64,000 nucleotides of DNA from positions 1 through 64,000 of IMG/VR virus record IMGVR_UViG_3300025767_001290; one strand, written 5' to 3'. Source of the stretch: a virus. A model generated the notes under the pieces. That model was not told where the DNA came from. It worked only from the letters and a program-made list of their open reading frames with translations, and did no database searches. Shown here piece after piece: positions 37,961 through 50,200 of this stretch. How positions within the stretch are numbered: the first letter of the stretch is position 1; each line of letters begins with the position of its first letter. The position numbers and the translations under genes are program-made.

Positions 37961-39484
37961 TTATACCTTAAGTACACATTCTACTAGCTTTTCGCCCTCA
38001 TTGCTATTACTTTCAAGTGCAATACCTACTAATGCTGATGTTGCAAGTGTTGTACTTACTCCATCTGCTATTGCGTAAACTGCATCGCCTTTTCTAACTG
38101 CGCCCTTTACTCTTACAGGTAAACGTCCTTTAAGTCCAATGTATTGTCCTTCTGCTTCACTGTTCATCATATATGCTGGATCAGTTGAAACAACACCAAT
38201 GCAGTGATTACTTGCACTTGCTGGTTCTACTTCATGATCTTCATGTGTGCATACTGCTACTGCTGTACCTGCTGGCAATTCTGTTTCTGTTGTGTATTTT
38301 TCTGCTAAGTCAGCATATCTTGCACTTGTTGCTGTACCAACAAATAAGTTAGCAACTATGTTGCCATCAGCATTTCTAACAGCAACAGTATTATTTGATA
38401 ATAAATCGCTTCCTACTGCATATTTGTCTGTTCCGTACTTTAATTGATCAGCTTTATCAGCAACACCTTTAAATTTTTGAGCATATATGTCTTTCCAAAG
38501 TAGAGTAGATGACCCAATATCATATGTCTCAGTGATACCAGGCATAATACCAAGTATATTAACGTCAGCTATTGTAGTTACTGCACCTAATGAATTAGTT
38601 GTTTGGAGTAATATTTTACTGCTTGCGCCATTAGAATTTTTTATTACTGCTGAATTTGTAACAGGATCAAAACTTATAGATATTTGATCAGTGGCTCCTA
38701 TTTTTATACCTGTATTACTTTTAAATTTAGTTTCTTCATTAAATACGCTTGCTGTACCTGAAGTTGTTGTGACTACTTCTGATGCATCTATAACTTTAGT
38801 AATAGCGCCATTCACATCATAAACAACAATTTTTTCTGCTGCTGTTGCAGTTCCGTGTAATCTATGTTCACTTGTTGTAATGCCAAGATTTGCTCCAGTA
38901 CTTGGAGTATTAACTAGATTTAACCCTTTATTAATTTTAGTAAATCCAGTAACAGTATTACTAGCATCAATATCAAATGCAGTACTGTTACTTGCAATAG
39001 CTATAATTACATCATTAAGGGTTGTAGTAATAACACTGTTAGTACTGCCATCTTGCCCTAGTATATCTACACTTTGCATTTGTGTTAGGCCTTCACCTGA
39101 GTTTTGCGGGCCTATAAGATCAAAAGTACTTCCGTTATACACATATAATTGGTTGTTTGCACTGTCCCACCAAAAATCTCCATTTGACGATCCTGTTGGC
39201 TGTGTACTAGTTGCTGTTGCTCCGCCTGATGCTTTCCATGTATTGCCGTCATAAAATTTTAATTTGGCGCTGGTTGTGTCATACCAAAGTTGACCGGTTA
39301 GCGCCCGAGGTGGCGCAACAGTACCGGAGAAGTTCTCAAGTAAAAATAACATATTTTCATTTTGAATTTCTCCATATCCTGCATAGTTTTTACCTATAAA
39401 TTTAAGGTCAGTTGTTTGATCAACTGTACCGTCTTCCACTGTTGTTAACAGTGTGTTGTTATATCTGTCTATTTGATAAGCCAT
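37961..39484 (-). CDS. Tail fibre/spike protein with putative autocleaving chaperone C-terminus
   Basis: N-terminal GKNY.GYGE..NEN...LLENF..P...GQLW; C-terminal ARYADLAEKY..IGVVST.P..MN..L.GR.PV.V.G...KGD (peptidase G2 IMC-like). Confidence 0.75.
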   Translation of the reverse strand: MAYQIDRYNNTLLTTVEDGTVDQTTDLKFIGKNYAGYGEIQNENMLFLLENFSGTVAPPRALTGQLWYDTTSAKLKFYDGNTWKASGGATATSTQPTGSSNGDFWWDSANNQLYVYNGSTFDLIGPQNSGEGLTQMQSVDILGQDGSTNSVITTTLNDVIIAIASNSTAFDIDASNTVTGFTKINKGLNLVNTPSTGANLGITTSEHRLHGTATAAEKIVVYDVNGAITKVIDASEVVTTTSGTASVFNEETKFKSNTGIKIGATDQISISFDPVTNSAVIKNSNGASSKILLQTTNSLGAVTTIADVNILGIMPGITETYDIGSSTLLWKDIYAQKFKGVADKADQLKYGTDKYAVGSDLLSNNTVAVRNADGNIVANLFVGTATSARYADLAEKYTTETELPAGTAVAVCTHEDHEVEPASASNHCIGVVSTDPAYMMNSEAEGQYIGLKGRLPVRVKGAVRKGDAVYAIADGVSTTLATSALVGIALESNSNEGEKLVECVLKV

Positions 39485-39512
39485 TGCTTGTAAACCCCTA
39501 GTGCTATTATTA

Positions 39513-39520
39513 GTATTTAT
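39513..39520 (-). promoter_or_regulatory. Late-promoter motif ATAAATAC
   Basis: Intergenic, 28 nt upstream of ATG 39484. Confidence 0.6.
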
Positions 39521-39524
39521 TCAA

Positions 39525-41495
39525 TTAAAATGAATACGGTTCAGTTGTGCTTATGTGCGTCCAAGCTGTGCCGTTTGATGTATAAGTCATTAATTTCCTT
39601 GTCGGAGTAAGAACAACGCTACCGCTTGCTGTGTTTGAAGCATCAAGATCTTGTATTGCTTGGCCGGCGTTTGACACACCGCCTTGATCAACTACAACAG
39701 TATTTTTAGTTAGTACACCGGTGTTATCAGGACTTTCTGACACAGTAATGTTAATGCCGGTTACTGTTGCTCCTGCATATGATGTTGTATGTATTTTTGC
39801 AATCTTACCTGTATTAAGCGTAGCTGCTGGATACATTGAATTTATAACTGTTGCAACATTTGCTTCTAATGTCGAATCCGCGCCCATACCAGTAACGTCT
39901 AATGAAAATACTACAGGTCCAGTTGCTAATTCTTCATCTACGTATTCTTTAGTAGCAACAGTACTGCCAATTGATTCAGTAACTGCAAGCTCAACTGCTT
40001 TTCTTGCACTAACTGCTTTTGCAACACCTGTAATTTTTTGACTATCAGTAACATTAATATCGCCTGCGGCTGTTATGTTAATTCCACGATTAGATACGAT
40101 TGCAAATACTGCCGGACTTGCCGGTGCTGCTGTAATTGTATGACCGTTAATATTAATATTATCAACATCTAAATTGATTAGCGTTCCAATTTCATCTAAT
40201 TGCGGAGCTTTTTGGATATTAACTAAACTTGTGTTTGTTAATTTGTTTTCGCCTCCAATCTTTAGTGCTTTAGTGTTGTCACTTAAATCTAAGTTAACAT
40301 TAGTAGTCCATGCATCTTGTGCTTGTTTCCAAGTCCATAATTTTTGGCCAACATCTGATGTATCTAATATAAAACCTGCGTTGTCAGCATTAATTCCAGT
40401 AAGTGTTACGCCTGCTGCGGTCTTAGCAATTTCAATATTTTTATCTTCAATTCGCAGTGTAGCAACATCAATACTAGTCGTAGTGCCTTCAATTAAAAGA
40501 TTACCAGTTACTCGTAAATCTCCGTCTACATCCAATGTGTAGTCAGGTAGTCTAAAGTCGCCTGCATCAGTTCTATTAAAAATTCCAACTCTTGCAGTAC
40601 TTGCATCTACGTAAATTGCATCTACTGTAATTGATCCAAACGAACTTGACTTAACACGCATACTCATATCTTCGTCAGTGATTTGGTTTTCTAAATAATA
40701 TCTAGGACCTACAATTTTTTGTACATGATTCTGTGAAACACCAACTGTTAAACCACCCGAGTTTGATATTGTTAAAGTGCCCGTTGTTAACCCATTAGCA
40801 GTTGATGGAAGAAAACTGTCAGCAGTTCTAACTATGCCGCCTGCTGTAACAAGTGCGTTTGCACTGGATGCAATACCTCTAAATTTAAAATTAGCAGTAT
40901 CAATAATGTTAAATCCTTGATATATTATACCATTAGGATTTGCTGCGGTAACTAGTCCATCTATTTGTTGACTGTACACTGGTGTAAATTCCAGTGCGCT
41001 GACAACTGCTGTTAGTGTTCCGCCTACATATAGATTTGCAACTGTTCTAGAACGACTCTGTGCATCAAGAATACTTTCTACTCTATATCCAGTTTCGCCT
41101 TGTGTTAGTGTATATGAAGGACCCATTAAAATAAGATCAGAGCCGTCGTATGCATATACTTGATTATTTAGACTGTCAATCCATAAATCGCCTGCAACCA
41201 TTTGCGGTTGTGTAGTTTGCACAAATGGGCCTCCACTTGCTTTCCATTGTGTTCCGTCATAGACTTTTAGTCGCTTATCACTGTTGTCCCACCATGTTTG
41301 ACCAGTTAATGGATTACTCGGAGATGCTGTATTGGAGAAATTTTCTAATAATTTAATAAAGTTTTCATTAAAGTATTCACCGTACCCTGTATAGTTTCTA
41401 CCAACAAGCACCAGGTTAGTACTAGTAGTATCTATTTGGCCATCAATTAAGTCTGTTAATATTGTGCCGTCTGTCTTGTTTAGTTGATAACTCAT
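39525..41495 (-). CDS. Tail fibre/baseplate-associated protein
   Basis: Same N-terminal domain (GRNY.GYGE..NENF..LLENF); LDVDGDL.V.GNL...G, IEDKNI and ATKEYVD fibre motifs. Confidence 0.75.
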   Translation of the reverse strand: MSYQLNKTDGTILTDLIDGQIDTTSTNLVLVGRNYTGYGEYFNENFIKLLENFSNTASPSNPLTGQTWWDNSDKRLKVYDGTQWKASGGPFVQTTQPQMVAGDLWIDSLNNQVYAYDGSDLILMGPSYTLTQGETGYRVESILDAQSRSRTVANLYVGGTLTAVVSALEFTPVYSQQIDGLVTAANPNGIIYQGFNIIDTANFKFRGIASSANALVTAGGIVRTADSFLPSTANGLTTGTLTISNSGGLTVGVSQNHVQKIVGPRYYLENQITDEDMSMRVKSSSFGSITVDAIYVDASTARVGIFNRTDAGDFRLPDYTLDVDGDLRVTGNLLIEGTTTSIDVATLRIEDKNIEIAKTAAGVTLTGINADNAGFILDTSDVGQKLWTWKQAQDAWTTNVNLDLSDNTKALKIGGENKLTNTSLVNIQKAPQLDEIGTLINLDVDNININGHTITAAPASPAVFAIVSNRGINITAAGDINVTDSQKITGVAKAVSARKAVELAVTESIGSTVATKEYVDEELATGPVVFSLDVTGMGADSTLEANVATVINSMYPAATLNTGKIAKIHTTSYAGATVTGINITVSESPDNTGVLTKNTVVVDQGGVSNAGQAIQDLDASNTASGSVVLTPTRKLMTYTSNGTAWTHISTTEPYSF

Positions 41496-41496
41496 T

Positions 41497-43644
41497 TTAT
41501 TTTCCAGTATAGATTATATAATTAACAGCTAAGTATGGATTCATAGTGTCTAATGGCGCACCTACAAATTCTGGCGATGCTGCTGTGCCAATATTTGTAA
41601 AATCGCCGGTGCCTGTTACTCCGCCGCCTGCAACGCCGCCACTTGATGCCAGTCCCTGGGTGCCGCCTAAACCAGGTTCAACTGTTAAGGTAATTGCGTT
41701 ATTGTCAGCAGGTTCACCTGCTGCTTCTCGTATTGCATAATATTGATTTCCACTAGCGCCTTCTAAATTATGATCATGTTGTGGTAAGTTAATATCTCTA
41801 ACACGAGTTGCTTCTTGGCCAGCATTCCCGCCTATAACATCTGCTGCGGCATTTACAACTCTGTTTGCACTCGAACCGTTCATATTATCAAGACCTAACG
41901 CAAATCTACCTCTAAAGTCTGGTAATCCAAATGTTGTTGCACCGTTTTGTAATAACAAGGATCGATCTTTAAATGAATATGCAATAGCTGCAAATAATAC
42001 AGTATAATCAGAAATATTAACAATAGATCCATCACAAAATAGCCAGCCTGTTGGTAAAACGCTTCCTGCAAACGGCATAAGTGCTCCTGCTGGAACTAAA
42101 GGAATTGTACTTAAAAAAGTACTTTTCTTTACTTTATAAACACCCGAGTCAAATCCGCCCGATGAACTAAATTTGTTAAGCAATATTTCATCTTCGTTAT
42201 CTGAAAAGGGCAAAGTTGTCTTGTTTGATATAAAACTATTAGCAATACGTACATTAAATGTTTTTGTAGTGCCGCCAACTTGGCCGTCATATTCAAAACT
42301 GTTGTCAGCTACATCACCAGTTATTCCAAACGTAGTAGCACTTGCAATTCTATCTGCAGATCCTGCTCTGCCGCTGACTGTTCCGCTTACATTACCTTGT
42401 AGATTACCAAAATACGTATTAGCATAAACATTATCATATTTTAATGCAGTTGATCCAATATCCCATCTACCTGTAGTTGTAGGTGATATATTACCACTAG
42501 ATATATATCCAGCAGTTGCTTCATTATTATCATCATTGCCGCCTAAAATTATGTTTCCGCCGGCTTGTATATCTTTCGCTACTGCAATTCCGCCTTTGGT
42601 TATAAATGTTCCCGAAAGAAGATCGGTACTATTATAAGTAGTATCGATTTCTATTTTTCCTGATGTCGGATCACCTAATGCTTGATTTACTTTAATACTT
42701 CCTTTAATATCTAATGCCGACTCAGGTGCTGTATTATTAACGCCAACAAATCCTCTAGCATCTAGTCTTAATACGGTATTATAAGATGTACTATTAAGCA
42801 TTCTAAAATCTATTATAGATGTATCGCTATTTTGTCGAAATACTGTACTTTGATTTTCTAGTTGTATTCCTAGTTGGCCACTAGTACCTACAACAATGCC
42901 TTGATCGTTTTTAATATTAAGTTGGAAGTTAGAACTCGATTCTGCATCGCTTCTTAAAAAATTTGCAGCAGGAACAACAGTATTATTAACTACAAGATTT
43001 TCAGCTTTTTCTGAAACTCCGTAGTATTTTAACGCGGCGGTGCCTACTAGTGCAGTTGCACTAAGATTCATGCCTGCGTTAATTCCGCCTGTAAATCCTG
43101 TAATAGTAGTCTTTGGAGTAAATGCCTGCGAACTAATTATTATGCCAGTTTGATTTTTAATTTTTATAGACAATACACTGTACGTTACATCATCAGAACC
43201 AACAATTGATTCAGACTGTGCTCCAGTAAGTAGTCCGTCACTAAAGTCTGGACCAACTAATATCCATGCTGCTCCAGTAAATAAATAAAGTTGTTGGGTT
43301 TCAGTATTAACCCACAAGTCTCCTGAACTAGAATTTGCAACTGCTGGTTGATTAGTTGCTTTTTTAACTCCACTAGCTGCAATCCAAGTAGTGCCGTCGT
43401 ATATTTTAAGTTGATCAACTCCAGCCGACGTATCATACCATAACTGTCCTTCAACTGGACTGGTAGGCGATGTGCTGTTTGCAAAATTTTCTAATAAATG
43501 TAAAAAGTTTTCATTTACTGCGGTCCCGTAGCCAGTATAATTTTTACCCGGATATGATAGCGAAGTTTCTTGATTTAACGTGTTGTCTTCTACTACAATA
43601 GTTCCTTTGTTAACGGAATCAGTGTACAATATTGTATATGCCAT
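41497..43644 (-). CDS. Short tail fibre with phage tail collar domain (T4 gp12-like)
   Basis: PAG..MPFAG...P.GWL.CDG...LF.AI...F.LPD.RGRF..G collar motif; LPQHDH (HxH) tip; PY.AVNYII..G end. Confidence 0.85.
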   Translation of the reverse strand: MAYTILYTDSVNKGTIVVEDNTLNQETSLSYPGKNYTGYGTAVNENFLHLLENFANSTSPTSPVEGQLWYDTSAGVDQLKIYDGTTWIAASGVKKATNQPAVANSSSGDLWVNTETQQLYLFTGAAWILVGPDFSDGLLTGAQSESIVGSDDVTYSVLSIKIKNQTGIIISSQAFTPKTTITGFTGGINAGMNLSATALVGTAALKYYGVSEKAENLVVNNTVVPAANFLRSDAESSSNFQLNIKNDQGIVVGTSGQLGIQLENQSTVFRQNSDTSIIDFRMLNSTSYNTVLRLDARGFVGVNNTAPESALDIKGSIKVNQALGDPTSGKIEIDTTYNSTDLLSGTFITKGGIAVAKDIQAGGNIILGGNDDNNEATAGYISSGNISPTTTGRWDIGSTALKYDNVYANTYFGNLQGNVSGTVSGRAGSADRIASATTFGITGDVADNSFEYDGQVGGTTKTFNVRIANSFISNKTTLPFSDNEDEILLNKFSSSGGFDSGVYKVKKSTFLSTIPLVPAGALMPFAGSVLPTGWLFCDGSIVNISDYTVLFAAIAYSFKDRSLLLQNGATTFGLPDFRGRFALGLDNMNGSSANRVVNAAADVIGGNAGQEATRVRDINLPQHDHNLEGASGNQYYAIREAAGEPADNNAITLTVEPGLGGTQGLASSGGVAGGGVTGTGDFTNIGTAASPEFVGAPLDTMNPYLAVNYIIYTGK

Positions 43645-43654
43645 TATCTATTCC

Positions 43655-44257
43655 TTATCCTGCTAAACTTTGGACTCTAACAGTATAATCAATTTGGATT
43701 AAACGATTGAGTGATTTTTGTACTGGGTGAAAAATTACATGAGTAATTAGTCTTCCTGTGCCAGTTGAGCTATAACTACGCAGGCCAAGTTCATCAAATA
43801 CATAGTTATTTGTTTGCGACGAAGCCGTATCAAATGCATCTTGTCCATTTGGTTCACCGTAATCAAGTAGACAACTTACTACAATATCAGTGTAATTAGT
43901 TCCGCTTAAATGACGGATTTCAGTTTTATTTCTAACTGGGTCTGTATTGTTAACACTTCTATCGTCTACAACCTTTGTATATGTTTGATTGTATAGTGTT
44001 GCATTAGTGCCCGTGCTATTAGGCGTTAGATACGTGATAATACCAGTTGGATCGACGCTTGTGCCACCGTTACCAAAGCTCATATCGTATATAAATCCTT
44101 GTCCGGCATTAGACAAACTTTCAGCAAGTGCAATACTCATATTTTCATAGTGAATTGCATTGCGCTTGTCAATGTATACCTTTTGTGATTCAGGGTCGAA
44201 TATCTTAATATGTCCCTGAACTAATACTCCGTTTGTGTCTTGCATGTTATCGCTCAT
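43655..44257 (-). CDS. Putative baseplate/tail structural protein
   Basis: GHIKI.D...N.I, FGNGG, FDELGL, THVIFHPVQKS.NR.IQI.Y; lies in the structural module. Confidence 0.65.
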   Translation of the reverse strand: MSDNMQDTNGVLVQGHIKIFDPESQKVYIDKRNAIHYENMSIALAESLSNAGQGFIYDMSFGNGGTSVDPTGIITYLTPNSTGTNATLYNQTYTKVVDDRSVNNTDPVRNKTEIRHLSGTNYTDIVVSCLLDYGEPNGQDAFDTASSQTNNYVFDELGLRSYSSTGTGRLITHVIFHPVQKSLNRLIQIDYTVRVQSLAG

Positions 44258-44274
44258 TTAATTTTTCCTATACT

Positions 44275-44282
44275 GTATTTAT
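44275..44282 (-). promoter_or_regulatory. Late-promoter motif ATAAATAC
   Basis: Overlaps the stop of the giant gene, 17 nt upstream of ATG 44257. Confidence 0.5.
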
Positions 44283-47200
44283 TCAGGTAGCTCAGATGTT
44301 CCAGCACGTAAGAATCTTGCAATACTATTTTCTGATTCTCCTAAAGAATTAGTGCCTTCATTCCAGATTTTGCCTTGTTTCTTAATAATAGTAACTCGTG
44401 TCCCTTCGACTGGTACTTGTTTTAAATCTATTTGTTGTGTTTGTACATTAAATATTACGTCTGCTGGATTTTCATAATCACCTGCTGGACTATCTTGTTC
44501 AAATACTGGCAAAAATGAATTAATACTGTTCTTACGCATGCGGACACCGCCAACAAACACTTCTAATTCATTTATAGAACCAGTTGCAGAGCTTACATCA
44601 AATAATGACGTAGTACCATCTGCTGTAATATCTTGAATAATGTTATTATCAATGTACGGAATAGTTTTACCTATATTCTGATCAAACACTTTTGACTCAG
44701 CAGCATGTACTTCCTTAACGCCTGTTCCTAATGTTCCTCTACGAAGTTGACGCAATAAATTACCTTCCTTAACAAAATACTCAATACGTTCGCCATTTAT
44801 AAAAATTATACCAGGTAAATTTTGTCCTTTATTTGGTTCACTTAATAAATTACTATCCTTTACTGTAATCCTTAAATCGTAGTAATTTAGTGGTTCTTCT
44901 AATGTTGTTACTGATGCATCAAGCCTCTTATAATGAGTTCTATTTAATATATCTTTAAATTGCCTATATGCAAACTTTGAAGTACTTACTTCGGCAGTAA
45001 AATGAATTACATCAATTAGATCAAGTTGTTCCGGCACAGTTGCTAACTGGACTGTAGTATTATTATTTGTTAATACATAGTCAGTATCAGGAGTTAACAA
45101 TTCTCCGTTTTTAACAACCCAAGCATATTTTGCATCAATTGCAGGCTTTCTCAATCTAATTTCACCTACTGATAATCTGTTGTATGTAGTGTAATCTGCA
45201 TTTTCTAACTGTAATGTTACTCTTGATACAACATCGTAATTAATACGCTCTATACCCAGTAAATCATGATTACTAAATTGGAATATCTCAACTGGTGTAA
45301 ATCCACTCGGTGCTGTATTTAATGTTACAGTATTTTCGCTTGACAATGTATACTGTCCGTCGGTGATTGCATATATTTCAACAATATCGCCTGCTTTGCC
45401 CACATCATCAGTTAGGACAACACTACTATTTGCAATATCAAATCTCCAACTAATCGGAGTAAGTAGTTCTTCTCCATTTAAAAATACTTTTATGTCTTCA
45501 GTAAGTAGAGATCCTTGTGGTTGTTGAAATGTTTCTAATGCAAATTCACGCTGACCAGACGGTGGGATTGTGTATTGTATATTATAACCTGGACTTAGAA
45601 TAGTGTTTCCTACTTTTACAATTAAATTGTGCTGTGTAGGTTTATTATAGAACGGTGCTGACGGTAATACAAAATTAACAGCAGTACCGTTGCCAATAAA
45701 TCTATCCTTTTTCATTTGACTGTAATTTACTTGTATATTACTATCAAATAATGAATAATAAACTAAGTTGCCTTCTTCTGGAGCAGTACTAAACGTAAAC
45801 ACAACATTACCAGTTATCTCTGATTTATTAAATGTTACAGTTTGTTTTACACCGTTGACGCTAACAAAAATATCTAAGTCAGTTTGAAATCTTACTCTAG
45901 TTTCAAACGAAGTAGTTGAGCCATCTGCGTTGTATTCTCCGTAATCTAAAATATTTTGTCCAGCTTGTGACACTGTTACAATACTAAGAATTTTACCTGT
46001 ATCAAAACTGTTAATAGTACTATCAATAGTTACTGTGCCGTTTTCCCAATCAATAGTATAATTGCCAGACTCTCTTGAAAGTACAGTATTGTTAATTTTA
46101 ACAATAACAGAATCTATGTTGCTAGGAGTAATACCTAAGTCATATGTTGTAACAGATGTATCTATATGATAACTTTGGCTATTTATTTTTCCTTGACCGT
46201 CCGAGTCTCTAGTGTACACTTTAATATCTAATGTATCAAATATTTGTCCTGGTACAAGTTCTTCAGGACCTGCCATTGCTGCTTCTGATATAAATCCATC
46301 GCCGTCGGTAATTATATCTTCTGCGGCTGTGCCTGATGCAGTAGTGTATAGAAGATCGCCGCCGGAAAGTGCAGTATCATAACCTGTTGGATCTGGTATC
46401 ACACTTCCGTCACTTGTTGATTTTCTTACAACAAATATGTCACCGTCGACTATGCTTATTCCTAAATCTTGCACATAAATTATGTCAGTTGTTCCGTCGC
46501 CTGTGATACTGTTTGTAATAGCATTTACATTAGTTGCAGTTCCTAAACTAAAGTTAGGATCATCAATTCGTACATTGTTCTTATAAAGGTTATAAACAAC
46601 ACCGTTCTCTAATGGAGTAGTTAATTGTACTGCAATAGTAGAACCATCTGCTGTAAATACTTGGTCTTCGTATGTGTTGTCAAATTGATCCCATTGATCA
46701 ACAAACCAACCTTTTGAATCCCATCCTGTTACTCCTTGAAAGTCAAAACTACGTACTTCGACACCTCCGTAGTCAATGCCTGTCATTAGTTGAGTTAGGT
46801 CTTTGCTGTACATAGTTGAGTTAGGGTTATAAGAATGTAAAATTCTATCTTCAGCACTTAGCATACTCAGCGGTAATTGATATTTAATTTCGATTACAGC
46901 ATTTAACTTAGGCGGTTTTGCAAATATAATTCTTCCTTTTTCTCTTGTGTATGTTGATGTATTATCTTCAACATTGGCATACGTATACTTACTACGCAAC
47001 TGTTCAACGTTATCAACTAGTACTTGTATAGTAGAATTATTAAGATCCATTGGATAAGGAAGATTAAAAGTTGTACTATCACCTGTTCCGGTATGCACTG
47101 TTTGTTTTGCGATATTTTCGTAAACATATTGGCCGCTTAATCTGTCAAATTTAACTCTTATGTGTGGGTTGCGTACAAGTCCGTTGCCAAGTATTGCAGT

Positions 47201-50200
47201 GGCTTTGGCTGTAGTAAATATTTCATTTTGAGGTCCTTCAATTATTACTGTAGGAGCACTAACATATCCAGTTCCCGAATTAGTAACAATAATTTTTGTT
47301 ACTTTACCATATGCAAGTACAGCCGTAGCAGTTGCACCGGTGCCGCCGCCGCCTTCAAATCTTACAGTTGGAACAAATGTGTAACCGCTTCCTAAGTCGC
47401 TCATTTTAATCCCAGTAATTTTATAACCTAAATTATCTAACCAGTGTTTTCTAGGATACGCTGTAGTATTATCATCTGCGCCAACAACACGATTGCTATC
47501 AACAGTAGCAACACTTGGTGTTATTGTTCCTGTTACATTATTGTAATAAGGCGCAAGATCAAAGTCAGCAACACTACTAGATGTGTTCTCTAAACTTTGG
47601 TAACTATCAATAAACTCTCTTATATTAGTACTGTAAGGTTTTACTTCATTAACATAACTTTCAAAATCTGCTAAGTTACTATATTTAAATGTAGTGTCTT
47701 GTGAGAGATTGCCTAGTTTATGTGTTGCAGATATAAAGCTTGTTTTAAACATCCAGTCAACGCTAGGCTGCTCTGAAAGAATGTATCGTAGTGCAGCAAA
47801 AAATAGTTGATTATATTCTAATTCCAAAGCGCCAATAAATATATCATCTCTTAATGCTTTTAAAATTATTCTTAATTCTTTTACAGGATTATTATCATAA
47901 AATGCACTATCAAAACTGTTGTTATCGTAACCTGTTGTGTTTTTAGCATAATCATATAAACTGTCATTAAACTGAATAGTACCGTTTTGTCTACCAACAG
48001 TTTTATAATTTATTGTATAATCTTCTGTGTTTTGACTAGATTCTTTTTCTAATAGTAGCCAGCCGCCTGCGCCAACATTATTAATTTTAACTGTGTTGCC
48101 GATTATATCGTCTATTGTACTAAGTTCATAAGAATTATTAACAGTATAATTAACTTCAGTAAACTGATTGTACCCGATATCATACCAGTCAACATAGTTC
48201 CAATAATTTGATACATTATAATTCTGTACAGCCGCTCTAAACCAAGAAGTAGATGTTGTATTCCATTCATATAATGCCCACTTGTTAAATGAAGCACTGT
48301 CTGATTCTACTAGTACTGTAAATTTTCTAACATTTAATATTGTTGTTTCAGTGTAATCATTTCCTTGTGCCAATACTTCTACATTATTAACTTGCCCAAG
48401 ATTATTTATAGTGATATCTAAGACTGCGCCACTGCCTGTGCTTTCAAATTGATACGAAGGAGCAACTTTATATCCTCTTCCTGGATTAGTTATTGTAACA
48501 CGGACAACTCTACCATTAACTACTACTGGTGTTAATACCGCAGGTGTTAGTTTGTTTGTACTAATAAATTCAAGTTCTTCATAAGTATTAATTTTTAGAT
48601 CATACTTATTGCTTATAACAGTAGGCATTTCGTCTTTTAGTGAAAGAGAATTAATATTATATTCGTCAACAATTAATGTGTTTAATAATACAGAGTTTAC
48701 TCGTTCAATAGTTTGTTTTAATGCTTCTACTCTGTTAACAAACATTCCCTGTCTTGGGCGATTTTGAATTCCTTGGCGTTTTGCAACAGGAATTTTAGGA
48801 TCCGGTACAATTCGATTATTACTATCAAACCCAATTAAACTGTCAAACCATTTACGTTCAATATCGTAATTAGGTTTGCTTGTAGCTAAGTTATCCGACA
48901 TTAACTGATATTGGGCATGCTCATTTTGAGAATTATTTGGACCAGTTGAATACCTAATATTTAAAACTAAATCATCTGATGTAATTAAATTATTAAAATT
49001 GTTTAATACGAGTTTATCTTTACTAATAAAGCTAATATATCTATATCCATTTTCTCTCGGCGATTGAATTAGATTGCGAATATTAATACAATTAATTGTT
49101 CTATTTTTATCTGTAGGAATGGTAAGTTTATTTTCAACCCAGAAATAATATTTTGTATTAAAGGTTTGACTTATATCATCGTAAGATAATTTAGCACTAT
49201 ATTTTGTATCGCCATATAATGACGTGCCACTTATGCCTAAAGGAACACCATTATCAGTGTCAGCTAGTTGATTCCATTGACTTGGTAAGTAATCACTTTC
49301 TACCCATTCGTATATATCAATTGATGCTCCTGGTAATAGTGAATTCCAGCTGTTACTTTGGAATGTTGTAGATCCTTGATACACATTGCTAAATCTAGCA
49401 TTATTAATATTCCACCATACTTGACCAACATGCGCCTCTCCCCAATGCATTGCCGGAGAAACTGTTATATCATCTAGCGGTCCTACATTGTATGATGCAG
49501 GATCTTGAGGTGTTTTAAATGTAATTTCTTTGTCTGCTACTCCTGCAATTTTTCCTTGCACAGGGTCAATATAATCTATGTACGAAACTATTTGGTTAGT
49601 GCGTTTGTTGTATAAGAACACTCCGCCAATCTTAGATATATCAACAGGTGTTACACTAGATCTTAATGAATTCCATGATTTTTTATTTTTTATTTTACGG
49701 TAATCTAAAACTATGCCTCTATAATTACCGCTAACAAAATTTGGAATTCCTGTATAGATATGATTATCATTAATTAATAAGTTTTTTCCAAAATTAATTT
49801 GTGCATCTTTAAATAGTAATTGTTCTGAATAGATTAGTGTGTCTTGTATATCTTCATATACATATATTGTGCCTTTGTCAACTTTAATATTTTTAAACGA
49901 AGTAAACTTATTGTCAAATGTAGTTTCAGTTCTTTCAGTTGATGAAGTATCTAAAACATATTTTGAATAAACTGGAATTGGATTACCGTCAACATCAAGT
50001 TTAATATCTCCGAGAGAGACACCATCAATTAATTCAACATTAACTCCGTAAACCTCTACACCAGTTTGTGGCTGTACTTCTAATAGTTTAGTGTACGTAT
50101 CAAACCTTGTTGGTATACGCTGGTCACCGTTTTGACTTGATATTACCAAACCGTCTTTACCAAATGCAACAGAATATCCAAATTTTTCAACCTGTTCGTT

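Noticed and set aside
29314-42427. Many plus-strand ORFs of 60-224 aa opposite the fibre genes
   Set aside because: Antisense shadows of Thr/Ser/Gly-rich coding sequence, with no RBS or recognisable motifs
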